DNA of 58,429 nucleotides, filler included, from Platydemus manokwari (Eukaryota), in NCBI GenBank assembly GCA_037951405.1. It is 6 parts of 6 records of this genome, joined end to end, with 100 filler letters (N's around TTAATTAATTAA, not from the genome) between each part and the next. Parts side by side here need not be neighbours in the genome. Positions count along the whole stretch, not along the records: positions 18,005 to 29,310 come from JBBMOY010776646.1; positions 29,411 to 38,491 come from JBBMOY011281429.1; 4 more parts are not named here. The stretch is one strand, 5' to 3'. The position numbers and the translations under genes are program-made. The notes beneath the pieces are model-generated. The model was not told where the DNA came from and made no database searches. It saw only the letters and a program-made list of their open reading frames with translations. Positions within the stretch are counted from its first letter, which is position 1; every line of letters begins with the position of its first letter. This document shows positions 24,474 to 38,417 of this stretch, one piece after another.

Positions 24474-25433
24474 TTAGAACTTTTGAAATACTCTTGATGT
24501 TATTGATTTAATGATATACTTCCAGAAATTTCGAAAATTTGGAAATATTATCAAATAAGCGATTGGGTGAATAGCTGTCAGGCATCCAACAGAGAAATCA
24601 TTATAATAAAAGTAACAATTCGTTATTTCCGATGCTAAAAGATTCATAGAATACATTGAAAATAATAATGAATTGAAGAACAGAATGATGGCATAACTTG
24701 AATTGGAAACGATGTTGGCTAAGGTGAATCGGGTTAATATTTTCTTCCGACTGTTATTGATGTTTTGATTATTAATATTAGCTTTGCTTTTTATGCTCAG
24801 ATACAGAAAATAACCAGAGACACAATTTAAAATTACGACAATCACTAATGGACCAATGTTACTAAATAATGTATACATTTGCGTGTAAATTATTGATTTC
24901 TTAAATTCACAAGAATAATTATTTTGATGTATTTCACTTGAAATATTTGAGTATCTTGTGGTAATCGTAATAAAGAATAGACTTCCACATTCTAAGGTAC
25001 ATGCTGTCAAAATTACCGAAATTACGTAGAAATATACTTCAAACGATTTTCTATGTTTGTAATACATAGGAAACACAATGCATATCGATCGATCGATTGT
25101 CAATGAAACCATCAAAAATATACCAATGTTTATTAGAATCCAATAAACAGGTTTGATATATAAAATATAACAATAAAATTGAACATAAATCGAATTTTTC
25201 GAAAGAAAATAAGTCGGTTCCTGTATCGGTTCAGTGCACAATAATAGCAGAGCAATCACATCGAAAATCGTTTCAAATTTTATGAGAATTGTTGCCGTTC
25301 TTGAGGCAATTTTGTGTTTAAAAATGAATATCAACAGCATTATATTCAATAAAAGAAAAACAGAAATAAAAATATATCGAACAGTTACAAATCCAATATA
25401 ATCACCAACATTTGTATTGATTAGAAAAATCAT
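24474..25433 (-). CDS. Intronless orphan rhodopsin-like (class A) GPCR, 319 aa
   Basis: Seven hydrophobic segments, Cys at the top of TM3 and in ECL2, TIDRSICIVFP (DRY variant), TM7 IHPIAY followed by FPNFRNF (helix 8). Confidence 0.85.
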   Translation of the reverse strand: MIFLINTNVGDYIGFVTVRYIFISVFLLLNIMLLIFIFKHKIASRTATILIKFETIFDVIALLLLCTEPIQEPTYFLSKNSIYVQFYCYILYIKPVYWILINIGIFLMVSLTIDRSICIVFPMYYKHRKSFEVYFYVISVILTACTLECGSLFFITITTRYSNISSEIHQNNYSCEFKKSIIYTQMYTLFSNIGPLVIVVILNCVSGYFLYLSIKSKANINNQNINNSRKKILTRFTLANIVSNSSYAIILFFNSLLFSMYSMNLLASEITNCYFYYNDFSVGCLTAIHPIAYLIIFPNFRNFWKYIIKSITSRVFQKF

Positions 25434-26654
25434 AGTTATAAGATAAAATAAAATAATTTTTTACTATTTCTTATAATAATCAAAAAAACATTTAATTTGC
25501 TCTTCAGAATATCCAATCAACTCCTTTACATACAAAAATCATATTTTGATTTTGATTCATATTTTGTATAATAAGATATATTAAAATAGATAAGAATTTT
25601 ATAAATTAAATTGAGATCTGGGTTGTCACAAACGGAATCTTTATAAAATTTCTAATATTAATATCCATCATATTCAAAGACGTGAAAATTCTCAAATCAT
25701 ATTTTTACAAGTAAATCAATTTAGGGTGATGAAACATACGGCTTATTTTATTTATTTTATTTTCAAAACATACAAGCTTTCTTTATGTTCCAAAAATTTT
25801 CAATAAAACAGTAGAAATGCTACTGATTTGGCAGTGGAATCTTCTTTTAGTTTGATTCGATATAGACTTCTAATTGGGTAATGAAATAAAACAAAGCTTA
25901 ATATACATTATAGTCAAGTTTAAATTACCGACTTTTGGACCCTAACCTTGTCATAGGAAATATAAATATTTAAAATTTAGAAACAGTACCTAGCCAATTC
26001 GAATGTCTCATGTGTCCTTGTGATTAAAAATAAAGAGTTATTGAGATTTACAAGTTACTAAGGGTATATCAAGCTGTTAATACAAATTGATGAGTTCAAT
26101 GTGTTGGACTTTTATGTCATCAATTTGGCATACTTCTGCATATCTAGCGTTTGGCATGAAATGTTCCCATTTGAAGACTTGAATTTGACAAGATTTCTTG
26201 TTGAAATTCAGTTTAATTCAAAAAATTAATGCTCTTCACATTCTATAGTCGACAATGACGACACTGGTCATTGGAAATATGCCAAGATATTTTGCTGAAA
26301 ATATTTTTGAAGAGACTCTTCTTTCAAATGATAAATCAGCTCGATTCGTGACTGGGTGATATCATATGGATAGGTATTTTTTATCAATCATAGATTTCTG
26401 AAGAATCTAGTATAGAGAGATAGTAGGGTCATGGTGCATGAATAAAATTATGCTCCTCGATGTATTATGAATTGAGGGAATCATGTAATAATTGATAACT
26501 TTGCTTAGGCGGAATTGTTTTATATATTTTTATTTCAAATTATATATAGCTTTGTTTTTATCAGTAAAAAAATATCTAAAGATCAAGGTTCAAATTTTCT
26601 AAGCAGATCTTTTTTAGATAAATTTTAGATAATATTAACAAGACTGGAAAGTTC

Positions 26655-26758
26655 AAGATTTAAACTTAAATAAATCGATTAAAATTGGTTAAATGATTTA
26701 GTCTCAAAGATTTAAATTTAAATAAATCGATTAGAGTTGGTTATATGATTTAGCCTGA
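26655..26758 (+). repeat. Tandem 52-bp duplication immediately upstream of the mariner ATG
   Basis: AAGATTTAAA(C/T)TTAAATAAATCGATTA(A/G)A(A/G)TTGGTTA(A/T)ATGATTTAG occurs twice, starting at 26655 and 26707. Confidence 0.9.
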
Positions 26759-26761
26759 AAG

Positions 26762-27700
26762 ATGAAGGCAAAGCAACCCGACATAAATTTCTTCGTTGCA
26801 ACTTTAACACGAAACAACTTTTCGGCTACCGAAATCCATTGCTTTCTTGTTGAAAGTTGGGGAGCAAAAAAAGTCGGTAAACTTCGAAGAGTACAGCAGA
26901 TTGCCAAAGAGTTTTCAGGAGAACAGCAAACACTTTTTGAGCGAAAAGAAGGTTCAGGAAAACTAAGAGCGAGCACTGCAGAAAAAATGTCATTATTGTA
27001 TGTACAATGATCGACGAAGATTGCCAATTAAGCTGTCCAACCATTTCAAGAATCACTGACATTAAAGGAACGAATATTAGTCGCATATTGAAACAAGAAC
27101 TTGAAAAGAAGTCATTTTGCAGCAGATAGGTTCCTCACATTGTGACGGATAATAAGAAGAATCAGAGTTACTTGCTGTCAAGAAATGTTGAATGTTTATT
27201 TTGCAAGAAAGGCTAAAGGAAATATCATTGTGATCGGTGAAAATGAATTTGATTTTGAGGCGTACCCCCAAAGGAATAAAACCGTGTTTGGATGAATGGA
27301 ATTGGTGATCGCCAACTATTGCTAGGCGGACAATATCTGATAACAAAGTTCTGATTATTGTTACCGGCAAATATGCAAAATCATTTCGAAATTCTTCATG
27401 AGGGTAGATCCTTCAACGCTGAGAGATGCCTATAATTTCTTTAGAATATGATTTTAAAATTTCACACAAAAATACCTGTTTGGAAAATGGTCATTCAGCA
27501 TGACAATTTCAGACCTCATGCAGCACAGTTAATTCAACTTTGGCTTGAAGAACATCGCATCTCTCTATTAAAGAAACCGGCCTACTCACCTGACACAAGC
27601 CTCATGGATCACTTTATCTTCAGGAACTACGAGTGCTAGTGACGTGGAAAATATTTCAGGAGAAGTGAGCAACCAATTTCACCAATATTTGGAGTCAACA
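26762..27700 (+). mobile_element. mariner (DD34D) transposase pseudogene
   Basis: N-terminal HTH-like SATEIHCFLVESWG; SR*VPHIVT (WVPHEL motif, TAG at 27127); IVIGE; QHDNFRPH and PAYSPDTSLMD with 34 residues between the last two catalytic Asp. Stops and frameshifts; TIRs not found. Confidence 0.9.
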
Positions 27701-29310
27701 TCGGAGGCCAAGCTCACACTTTTGGTATAATTACACATGTGATTTCTACAAATAAATGTTTTAAATTGGTTTCGTTTTAATTTTGATGAGATTTCATCGA
27801 CGTAGAAAAACAAAATTTGTCTGTGTTTTTTTCACTGTTTTCTTTAATTTTCACTATGTCTGATAGTCTTCTCTCACGCTGATCTTCCCAAAACCTCAGA
27901 TTTAGTAATATTCCTATTAAGGTGGACATTTTTTAAACTTCTCTTGAACAGATTTTAATAGGTAGAAAATTTTTGCACAAAATTTGATAATTGCAAATTT
28001 AATTTTCTGCAATGTTAATAATTGATATCAATAATTTAAATTCTTTAAATGTGATAATTTTGGTAATCAGTTCCTATATTAAATGCTGCTGTGTAATGAA
28101 ATACAATCTGAGATACAGTATTATTTTAATTCCCAATGTTGGTACAAATAATTTATAATCCTCTTATAATTCTAAATGCTCTAAAATCATCACTTTATTA
28201 ATCCACATTTTAATTACAATGATTCAAACAAATTATTCTTTTTATAAAAATGCTTTTTGAAAATTTGCAAATTACAATTCATTATAAATCCCCACTGTTA
28301 AAAATTCAAAGTCTTGTTTTGCGAAAAATAAAAATTCAGATATTTCGAATTTGCAATGAAAAAATACACGATTTGGCGTATTTATTTACTTTACTAGCTT
28401 GATTAGTTTTTGATAGCTGTAAATCTTAATTTAACTAAAAAATACCATGTAAATTTGTTTTATCATATTGATACCAATTAAAGTATTTTATGTTGCCTAA
28501 ATCAAATGACGTCAAAACAAATCATCATTTACTTATGATGAACTCATATTGTAGCTCTATTTATCGAATTATTGGTGTATATATTTGACAAAATTTGCAA
28601 TTCCACGAATTTTCGGAATAGTTTTGAATAAAAATAAATGATTTATTTAAATAAAATACTTGATAGGTTTGAAGTAATGTATTTATGAGGACTTTATTAA
28701 ATTATCATTTGTAAAATCTGCTGTGTCTAGCTGATGTAGTATCAAGGAAGACAACTGCTGAAGGCCAACGAAACAAATCAATTAAAAATGAGGTGAGGGA
28801 TATGCCACCGCCTCGAAACGAAAATTTTGTGTTGAAATAAAATTTAGCATTTTTTTTGCAATAACACTTATTTGTTTGACTCCAAAATAAAATAAGTTTT
28901 TTCACTGGGATATATCACAATGTACGACATCTAGCACACTAAGGCCCAGTACATAATTAAATTAGATTAACACAAAAAGCAAAACAAGCCTGCAAACAAT
29001 TTTGAGATACTAGCCGAGTATTTGATTCTATTCTAATTAATATCTTCGTAAATATTTTTACAATCTTTTTATCAACAATTGAAATTAATAGTATCTGTAA
29101 TAACTATCACGAATAGTTTTAACAGAAATAGTCACCTGGTCCTAGTTCAATGAAAGTTTCGTCTTGTGTCTAGCTCACTAAGATTCTGATTTTAATTCAT
29201 TAAGTTTCTGACTAACTCTAGTATTGTTTCTCAATGACAGTCTTAAACATAATGTCATCATACATATTTAATTTTAAATTACATTACTGTGCTGTAAACA
29301 ATACAAGCAA

Positions 29311-29410
29311 NNNNNNNNNNNNNNNNNNNNNNNNNNNNNNNNNNNNNNNNNNNNTTAATTAATTAANNNNNNNNNNNNNNNNNNNNNNNNNNNNNNNNNN
29401 NNNNNNNNNN
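29311..29410. other. Artificial contig spacer N44-TTAATTAATTAA-N44
   Basis: Identical spacer; it supplies the false stop of ORF 29363..30265. Confidence 0.97.
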
Positions 29411-32400
29411 AGAAGTCACAAGCTTTATGCTTTCGTTTATTAGCCACGGTCCGGGACGAGAATCCATCGCATGTTTTTTAAAACTTGTCACTAAAACTGA
29501 TGCCATCCGTTGATGTAAAGCCAGAGGCAAATATAAATGTGTTTCAGCAGAATTACCAAATCCCCAATTCAAATTGTTGAACACATGGCGACCCAACTGG
29601 TTACAAACGCTGTTTGGTGGATTATCAAGTAACCAAGAAGACAGTAATCGAAATTCAGAGTCTGACGGAACCATTAAACAGAATGGTAATTCCCGGAACA
29701 AGAAAAGACCCATTTGTCCGACTGTCAGATGCCATAATTTAATCGATTCAAGAATAATGGACAGAGCTTGATGATGTTGAAGACACAAAGAAGACAACAA
29801 CTCACGACCAACTTTGGAAAATGAAGATCTAGTTTTCGGTATAACGTAACAGATTTGGAAGATTAAGTTGGTAACTGTGTTGAAAATAAGAGATTCTTTT
29901 TGGATCATTAATCGAGATTCTAAAGCTAAATTCGATATAGCTGTTAGCAAATAGATGGCATCCTCCTGTGACATTGGATCTATTGCGATTTGTAAATTAT
30001 TCAGCCACCATTCATTGTCTTTTGGTGTTTCTTGTTGATTGTAATCGATTAGACGGACCAGGAATCGCAATTTGCATTGAGGCGATAACATACGCCAAGG
30101 GAAATCAGTTAAACATTGCCAATTTCCGAAACGCCTATGCCTGAGAATAGAAATAAGAGAATATTCATAAACGGCCTCATATTGTGCTAGCAATTGGATC
30201 TGGGTATCATAAGTAAATATATATTGGAACTTGGGTAACACAGACATTCTTAGAACTGATTCCAAATGATCTGTCAGGAATTGTATTGTGTGTCTTGAAA
30301 GTAATAAATTAATAAAAATAATAATAAAAAATTAATAATAATAAATTAATAAAAATAAAATTAATAATTATAATCAATTATTAATAATAATAAGAATAAT
30401 AAAATTAATAATAATGAAATAATAAATAAATGATAACAATTATTATAACTGTTAAAATTTAATAAAAATAACAATCATTCATATAAATATAAATTTATAA
30501 AATTCATATAAGCAGTCAAACTTACGGATTTATCAAAGAAATTCAATTTTTTATATGAATTAATCTCAGATTTTTCACGTAAAATAATTAATGTTTTTAT
30601 TTGTATTCAAAGCTTTTTGAAGTATCAAATATATGATTCTATTTATAGTAACAATTCTATTTATAGTAACATAAATTGTGATCGAACATTCTCATCTCAT
30701 CACATATAATGGATCTTCATTTAAAAAAATAAACATTCATAATTCAATATAAAATTAATATTTATCAAAGATAAAACATTTATCAACGAATGCAAAAACA
30801 AATATAATCAATTATTATTAAGAAATTTACTTTATGAGTCGAGTGATACGTTTGTTTAACGATTTATATCTTGTATTATTATACATTTCGAGTCCACAAC
30901 TGAGTATTTCAATGACTTCCTGACAAAATGCCAAAATCTTCATCAATTTTTCCGGATGACAGCTTCGACCTGGATCGTAATCATCTTGATTTTTATCCAC
31001 TTCCAAAGCTGATCTAAAGATGCTAGCAATTGGAATTTGGCTCAAAAAAGCCATCAAATCACTTTCATGCAACAATGACCAATTGGATCCCAGACTACTG
31101 TCGTCCTCACCTTCAGAATCGACCAATGCCCAGCCGGTGTCATCGGGATTGAATGCTTTCAAAAGATCCTCTCTGATCTTTCGTGATCCGAAAAGCATTG
31201 CTAAAAATGCCATTGCTAATTCAATTTCATTTGGCTGTACCAATCCTGCACCCCATTCACTAACACCAGCATTAGCATGCAATAATTCCCAAAACAAATA
31301 CAATCGCTCGATATTCGAACCGCGAGATACTATAACGGAACCCAAATACAAAATCCAGTCCTGCAAAGCCTTGGTGCAATCCGGATGAACTTGAATCTGT
31401 CTCAAAAACCGAAACAATACACACAAGCATTGCCTTATCATATAGTTATTGCCCTGGCTCTTCACACCGACCAAATAATCATCCACCAGAGCCTTATTCA
31501 ACCCAGACTCGTATTTTAATAGCGTATGCTCATCAAGCAACTCCTCGTTGAAGCGCTTGAGTTGGGATTCTAATAGTTTAGCAGCTTCATTATTGAAACT
31601 CGCTTGGTCGTAGGTGATACTTTTCACTTGTAGCACATTGTCTCGGCAGCGAGCTTCTCGCTTTTCGGTTTTCGTCACAACTTCCCATATGATTTGCTCT
31701 TTCGTTCGACTTTCATCTCGTAAAACTTTTAATTTTTGTTCAAAATTATGGAGTAACTGAACAGAACGTTGATATGATGTAATCAAATCGGTAAGGGGAT
31801 GGCCACTGGCCTTCATGTCCCTGGTGAATTCATTTTCATACTTCTCCAAGTTGTCTAATGTTTGATTCTTATAATAAATCTTCATTTCCTTCATAGATAT
31901 AGGTTCCGGTAATAGCCATTCTTCAATAGGCGCTGCTGGTTGCGTAATTCGTTCAGTGACCATATCTAAAGAATTCTTATTGTTGTTTTCTGCAGTAACA
32001 ATTTCGGTTGATAATAAACTCTGATTTAGAGAAGGATAAAGTTTCTGAATGTGCATACTGTTGGAGATTGATGAATTGATTTCAACTTCATCGTGACTAA
32101 TCACAATTTCATTCACTTTTACCGTTTCTGAATTCAAATTTTTGCTAATTGTGCCATTTTTGTTTATTTCTGTTTTTAGTTCAGTTTCAAGTTGTTCATT
32201 TATTTTTAAATCTGATTTTGTTTCAATTTCGATATTTTCATTTAATTTTAAATCTGATTTTAGATCATCATTTTGATTATGTACTTTTCGGTCTTTGCTA
32301 GATTTCATACTCATTGAATTATTCATATCAACTTCTATTGAATTTAAATCTGGTAAATCTGGAACTATGTTATCCATAATTTTCGATTTCTAAATATCAA

Positions 32401-32484
32401 TAATATAACCCATTTCATCAATAATAAAAATTTAAATTACACCTTAACCTTAACCATTCTTTTGGTAGGTATCATTTCAGCCAT
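29411..32484 (-). CDS. EPG5: Ectopic P-granules autophagy protein 5 homologue, 5' part; exons 32484-32443, 32389-30831, 30293-29411 (truncated at spacer)
   Basis: Phase-consistent GT-AG introns of 53 and 537 nt give MAEMIPTKRMVKVK-KSKIMD... and ...RLIK-HTIQFLTDH. WALVDSEGEDD, WSLLHESDLMAFLSQIP and KILAFCQEVIEILSCGLEMYNNTRYKSLNKRI match the conserved EPG5 N-terminal region. Confidence 0.9.
30301..30510. repeat. AT-only low-complexity (AAT-like) tract in EPG5 intron 2; 18-bp tandem duplication at 30636-30671
   Basis: Directly visible; ATTCTATTTATAGTAACA occurs twice in tandem. Confidence 0.85.
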
Positions 32485-34449
32485 TTGAGAAATATTTTTT
32501 ATTAATTTCTAAATTCTAAATCAAATTAAAAAAAAATAGAGCAGAAGAATTATAAAATTTCAATTAATTTACTTTTGAATTAATAATTTTTCATTAAATG
32601 TTAATTCATTATATTAATTTACTAAAACAAATTTCTGAATATTTGAATAAATCTATGATCGAAAGTGACTCTGTCGCAACCTAACTTTACCTTATACTAT
32701 TTATATACTATTTATATTTAACTCGAAAGTTGTTGACTTCAAACCTCACTGAAACTTCAATTAATCTTTACAAAAGTAAATAAACACAAACTATAATTAC
32801 TTCTGTTAAATTAAATCAAATCAAAAGTCGAAATTAAATAATTAAAAATATGTTATTAAACAACAAATTTCAAAATCGTTAAAAAACAGTAATACAAAAG
32901 GACATTTTAAAACTTTGAATAATAATTGATTTTAACCTTATCGATCAAATCAGATCTTCCTAAATTAATAAATTAATATTAAGAAAGATAATTAACAAAA
33001 ATAACCAGATTGTGCGAGTAATTATAAAGCATGGAAGTTGTTAACCCACGTAACCAAATTTAATAATTTAAAATCACTAAATAAAGACGTCAAGTCATGA
33101 GTGACCAAAAATACTATTCATCTCACTTGCGCCCACAGAAATTGAAAATATATATACCCAATCCAATCAGCGTGAAAGGTCATAATTTTCAACTACCATA
33201 ATTTGACATACAGAATTTCTACCATAATTATCATCATCCAGAATTTGAATAAATTATAATTCGTCATTACAAAATTTCAATAGAAGAATCAGGACATAAA
33301 TTTTAGCCATAATTTTAGTAAAGGACTAAGCGGATGATTTCAATAAGAAACCTTCTTAAGTAACAGTTTATTTTAAGAGTTCAGTACTTTTTTCATACTA
33401 ACTTCAATTTTCTTTTTACATAGGCTTTATTGATTGTATGGCTCACCACCGTACTGTCAATTTTTTCATTGTTAGTTGAATGAATATGTATCTCGCCGTT
33501 TCTGTTTTTCACATCGAATAAGCAATTAAACATATTACACGAAGCATTTATTGCATCCATTAGAATTTCCCGTTCTTAATTATTTCTGTTTCAGGATTAT
33601 ATCTTCATTATTTATCATTTTATTTTATATCAAGTTTATCTTTTTTCTTCATGAGCTTGATCAATATTTTACACTTTGAGTAATATCAGACAAATTAATT
33701 CAAACCACACACAACAGTTTATAATAGAAGTTTATGGTTTCTAAGATTACTTTGTAATATAATTATGGAATCGCAGATTAGCTATTATCGTTCCTTAGAT
33801 TTGTTTATAGAGTGCGTGCAATAATTTTGACTACTGTCTTATATATGTATTGATGAGCCACGTGAAGATATTCTATACAAATATTAATTTGACGTCTTGA
33901 ATATGTTTTACGTGCAATAATTTATTTTCGAAGAAAATTTTTCAATAATTAAAATCACTATAGTAAAGAGAATTTTAGTGTGCTTATATTTATTCTGTAT
34001 ATATGGTTCAAAAGCTTGCTTATTTTTATTCTGTGAACATTTTTATTCTGCCGCACTTATAAGACGTAATTGGCTATTTATTAGTGGTTATTTTATTGGA
34101 TTTTTAAAATTTTGTTTTAATGAGTCAATTTATTTTAAAGAATATTTATATATTTTAATATAATTTTCTTTCTGGAATCGATCAAACTATTTTATAAATA
34201 TTATATATTATAAATTATAATAATAAAAATATATGATACTTTTATAGATCAATGCAAATATAATTGTGAGGTCATTCAAAAAATTATCAATGAGCCAAAA
34301 ATTAAAATTAAAAAAAATTAGAAATTAAATAGCCTTTAAATATATTAAAATTTCTAGTTGTTTGAGTGCTTTAAAATAATCAAATTCTTTGTCTGACCTC
34401 AAGGTCACGAAAAATTTCATCATTAATTATTTTTAGTAACTACGTCAAT

Positions 34450-34920
34450 CCTAAAAATAGAAATTGAGGGCTGATCGGTTTTCATGTTGAGTTCAAGAAT
34501 ACCAGAGCTTTGTGATGGGTTCTCGCGCTGAATTTCTTCCCGTAAAAGTATTGTCTAAAGTAAATAACATACTCAAGGATAGCCAGCAGTTCCTTCCTAG
34601 TAACACAGTACCTTTCTCGTGACTAGTCAGCAATCGAGAATCATAGTCTATAACTAATTCTGTTTCTTCTTCAGTAACTTTATCCTGATCATTGTAATTC
34701 CTTATCTCACCTGCATTTGTGGTATATAGTGGAGCCGCTATTAAAGGACAATCTTTGAAGAATAGCCTGTAATAGTTTGTTAGCCCAATAAATCATCGCT
34801 GTTTGCTAGTACACTGTGGTATTGGGGCATCTCGTATCTGTTCGATTTTGTCGTAATTAGTCTAAAACTTAGTGATAAGGGTACATTTCTTAGGATTCAC
34901 TTTCAGACCAGACCATTTGC
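34450..34920 (-). mobile_element. Ty3/Gypsy RT-connection/RNase H remnant
   Basis: DKIEQIRDAPIP...R*FIGLTNYYRLF...IAAPLY, VIDYDSRLLT, YCVTRKELLAIL, YFRQYFYGKKF..RTHHKAL. Internal deletion and frameshift. Confidence 0.85.
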
Positions 34921-35320
34921 AATTTGGATGACATAGAAGCAAATCATGAGTCCACAATCATATCCATTAATTTGAAAGCGGACATCCGATAATAGTCACC
35001 CGATGAATCTGTAGTTGGTGCCAAGTAATTTGTTCTGCTTTTGATGAACACATTGGTGAATATTTTCATTGGTGTTTCTTTATCAAAAATTAGTTTAATC
35101 GGATTAATATAATAGTCAATTTTGAACACATTGTCAAAAATTGCAGAATTCAGTGTATACTTGCAATGTTAGACGAATATTTGAAGGATATTCATGGTAT
35201 CTGAGTATAAGAACAAGATAGCTGGATCAAAGCAATACGGTTGATTTTTCGATGCAGATGCACTATACTTGTTACTGTCTATATTCGCTATCGAGGGATT
35301 AGTGTTTTTTATAATAGTTA

Positions 35321-35430
35321 AGTCATAAGCACATTCCGTCATAATATTTATTTGAAAAACTACATTAAAGCCCCAATCAATTGTTTAAACAAACACCACG
35401 TGTTTATTTATTTAATCACATTACTATAAT
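35321..35430 (+). repeat. Dispersed ~110-bp repeat, copy 2 (copy 1 at 1581-1690)
   Basis: See copy 1. A more diverged partial copy may lie near 37830. Confidence 0.75.
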
Positions 35431-37039
35431 AATTGTTAATTTGATGTCGCTTCTGATCGTTCTGTAAGATGTTTTTTAGATATATTTTTATCCTTAATGC
35501 AGCATGCATTTGTTGATTTTCATCTTCATATGAAATAGAATTATAATTACATGCTTGTATTTCTTTATAATCATTCAAATAGTTAAATTCATCGAGGGTT
35601 GATTAAAAATTATTTATTATGTCTTTTGAATCCAAGCCAATGGATATCAATTTTCATTTTCTTACTTGAATTTTTTTTAAGACTTTCTATTTTCTTTTGG
35701 ATTGAAATGAATCATTGAAGCTTTATTTATTAGATCATCAAAATCTTGGAGGTTTGTAATGGATAATGCTCTTCTTATTTATCGTTAGTTTCCTGTCTAA
35801 TTTTGGCCAACAAAGACATTTTTTCTGCAGATTTATCTGAACCACCTCATCACGTCATGAATATCAATTATTTCGGAATGTTTATAATTATGATTTATTA
35901 CCGATTTCACATTTCCGGAAATTTAAGCACTATACAGGTTGGTTTAGGCAAAAATTGAGTTAAATTAAAATAAAATTGCTTTTGATGATATGTCAAAGCA
36001 TTTCTCAGAATAAATTAATTCAGAATAAATCTTTTAGTCTTTGATAATTGGAAATACCTTTTAATTAAATGAATAAATGTGAATATCTTAATTAATTTGA
36101 AATTATTTATTATTATTACATTTTACATGTTTTTATTTATTAAAGACTGTAAACATATCATCAATTATATGTTTTTATTATTTTGTTAAATTGTTCAAAA
36201 ATAAAAATATAAAGTAAAATAAAAAATAATTATTATTACAATATGCGTCAATGACCCTTTATTGGAATGCTACAGAATAAAAAGATGTATTAGATTATAA
36301 ACAATGTTTATTCTAAATATTGTCACTTGTAGAGCTTGAATTTTGATTGTGGAATTTCATTTGATCATTAATGTTCTGCATTGATATTACCTAAAATTTC
36401 AATACTTTTGAATGAAAATTTTGTTACAAACTATTGTTGAAATTTTATGAGTTTTTAAATGAGTGATTTTATAAGTTCCACTTACATATTTACTCTTTTG
36501 TGGTTTAATTGATTATTCATATCCAGATGTTAGGTTCGTTTTTTCTACTAATTCTCTTTTTTTCATTTCTGATAATTTTGAAAGACGGTTAAACACTTCG
36601 ATAAATTAATGTCAAAAATAATTTTCTAATGAAATTTAATTAAAAATCTTGTTAGTGTATTAAACAATCAGCTTGAATCATGAATAAAAACAACCGAATC
36701 CGCATGTTTGCTCAATTTTATTTTCCATTAGCAAATATATGTTTGAGACTTTCACAGAATTCAGTTAAACCCTTTCATAATATAAAGCCCATTAAATAAT
36801 TTAATATTATATAAAAATGTAAAAAGCATCATGAATTCGTATCTGATGTGTTTTCAAAAGATCCATGCAATCAAAACCATAATGTTTCTAATACTGTCAT
36901 TTGCTTATTGAATTATAGTAATACAGGCAACGTATTTTGAATTAAGCAAAACCACGACACACAAATCGGAAAACGATTTAGGAAAATTCTATCATTATCA
37001 CAACAAGCTGATTCTAGAGACGTCTACATAAATTCAAAG

Positions 37040-37330
37040 AACAGTGGTGCAGAACTATGTGATCTGTTTGACGAAGGCCATATACAGCAGATTATTCAAG
37101 CAGACAAACTGCTAAATTCATGGAACGCAGATCTGAAAAAATTATTCAAGGGATATTATGCCAAAAACTAGCGCATGTTGCACAAAATTGTAAAAGCGAA
37201 AAAGTCGTGATGTGCTACGCCTGCCGCAGAGTAGACCATATATCGAGAAATTGTCTAAATGCCATAGGTGTCGCAGATGTCAATACCAAAGACATAACGA
37301 CAGTGAATATTTTACGAATATAGAGAGAAA
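37040..37330 (+). mobile_element. gag-like CCHC zinc-knuckle remnant
   Basis: ILCQKLAHVAQNC and CYACRRVDHISRNC (CX2CX4HX4C), with a third degenerate knuckle (CDLFDEGHIQQ) upstream. Confidence 0.6.
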
Positions 37331-38417
37331 AGAACGACAAAGGTCCAACTTTTAGCAAAGGATATCAATAAACCAGCGAAGCATTGATCACAGACAGAGT
37401 ACCATAACAAGATGGTCCATAAACGAAAACAGATAGAGTTTCGACAAACAAAATTAAGGAATGGTGAATCGAAATAATAGACAAGTAGCTGCAGTTGAAT
37501 AGGAATCAAATTTAAATACAGCGAAGAACACCCCCAAAGAGAACGCGCTTACTCCCAAAAATTTTAAAAAATAATTTACAAAATTTAAAATTAAAGTTTG
37601 TTAAAAAATAATTTTTATATTAATAGAAATTTGAATTTTTAAAGAATATTAAAAAATAATAGAATATTTGTTTGGAAAAGATGTAATATAAAAAAATTCT
37701 TGCGTGTTCAAAAATTATGACTTTTGAATCCAACATGAAAAACGAAGAAGTGTTAGCAGCTAACACAAATAAATCAAGGAGAATGCGACAGGACACAATC
37801 ACACACCAAACACTGCTTAACATACAAAATAAAATATTTATTTGAAAACCTCACAGAATTCAACCGAACAATTTCATAAATAGACACTATAAAGCGCAAT
37901 GAGTGCCTGAATAAAATTTCATGGCATTATTTAAATAAAACAGACTTCCCAGTTGTTTAATGAAGTTGGAAGCAGAGGTTGTAGACTGCATTTTTTGTTT
38001 CTTGGTAATACTTGTTATGGTTTGCTTACTCTTTATGAATAAATGCACATGCAGCTTTGTATTTGATCGAATATAATTAAAGAATCATTTGTTATTCCGT
38101 TAGTGTCCCTTTCACATTTCTTGAATTCTTCTATTATTTTGTTAAATTAACGTTCTTCTGGATAATAATAACAATATATACAATCACTAGTGAATTTATT
38201 ATTTTCTTTAACACATCGTAATGTTTACATCTTGCTTTAAATATAATATTGTATAATCAAATAATCCTCTCGAATTGACTTTATTCCAAATATCTTGAGC
38301 TCTTTGATATTCTTCTTCTGCTATTACACTTAAATTTAATTTAAAATATAAAAATTCTATTGGTGGTAATCTAGTTTTAAATAATATTTCTAATTATGTT
38401 ATATAATTATATACATA

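Noticed and set aside
29574-31388. Plus-strand ORFs 29574..29771 and 31020..31388
   Set aside because: Antisense shadows of EPG5 exons.
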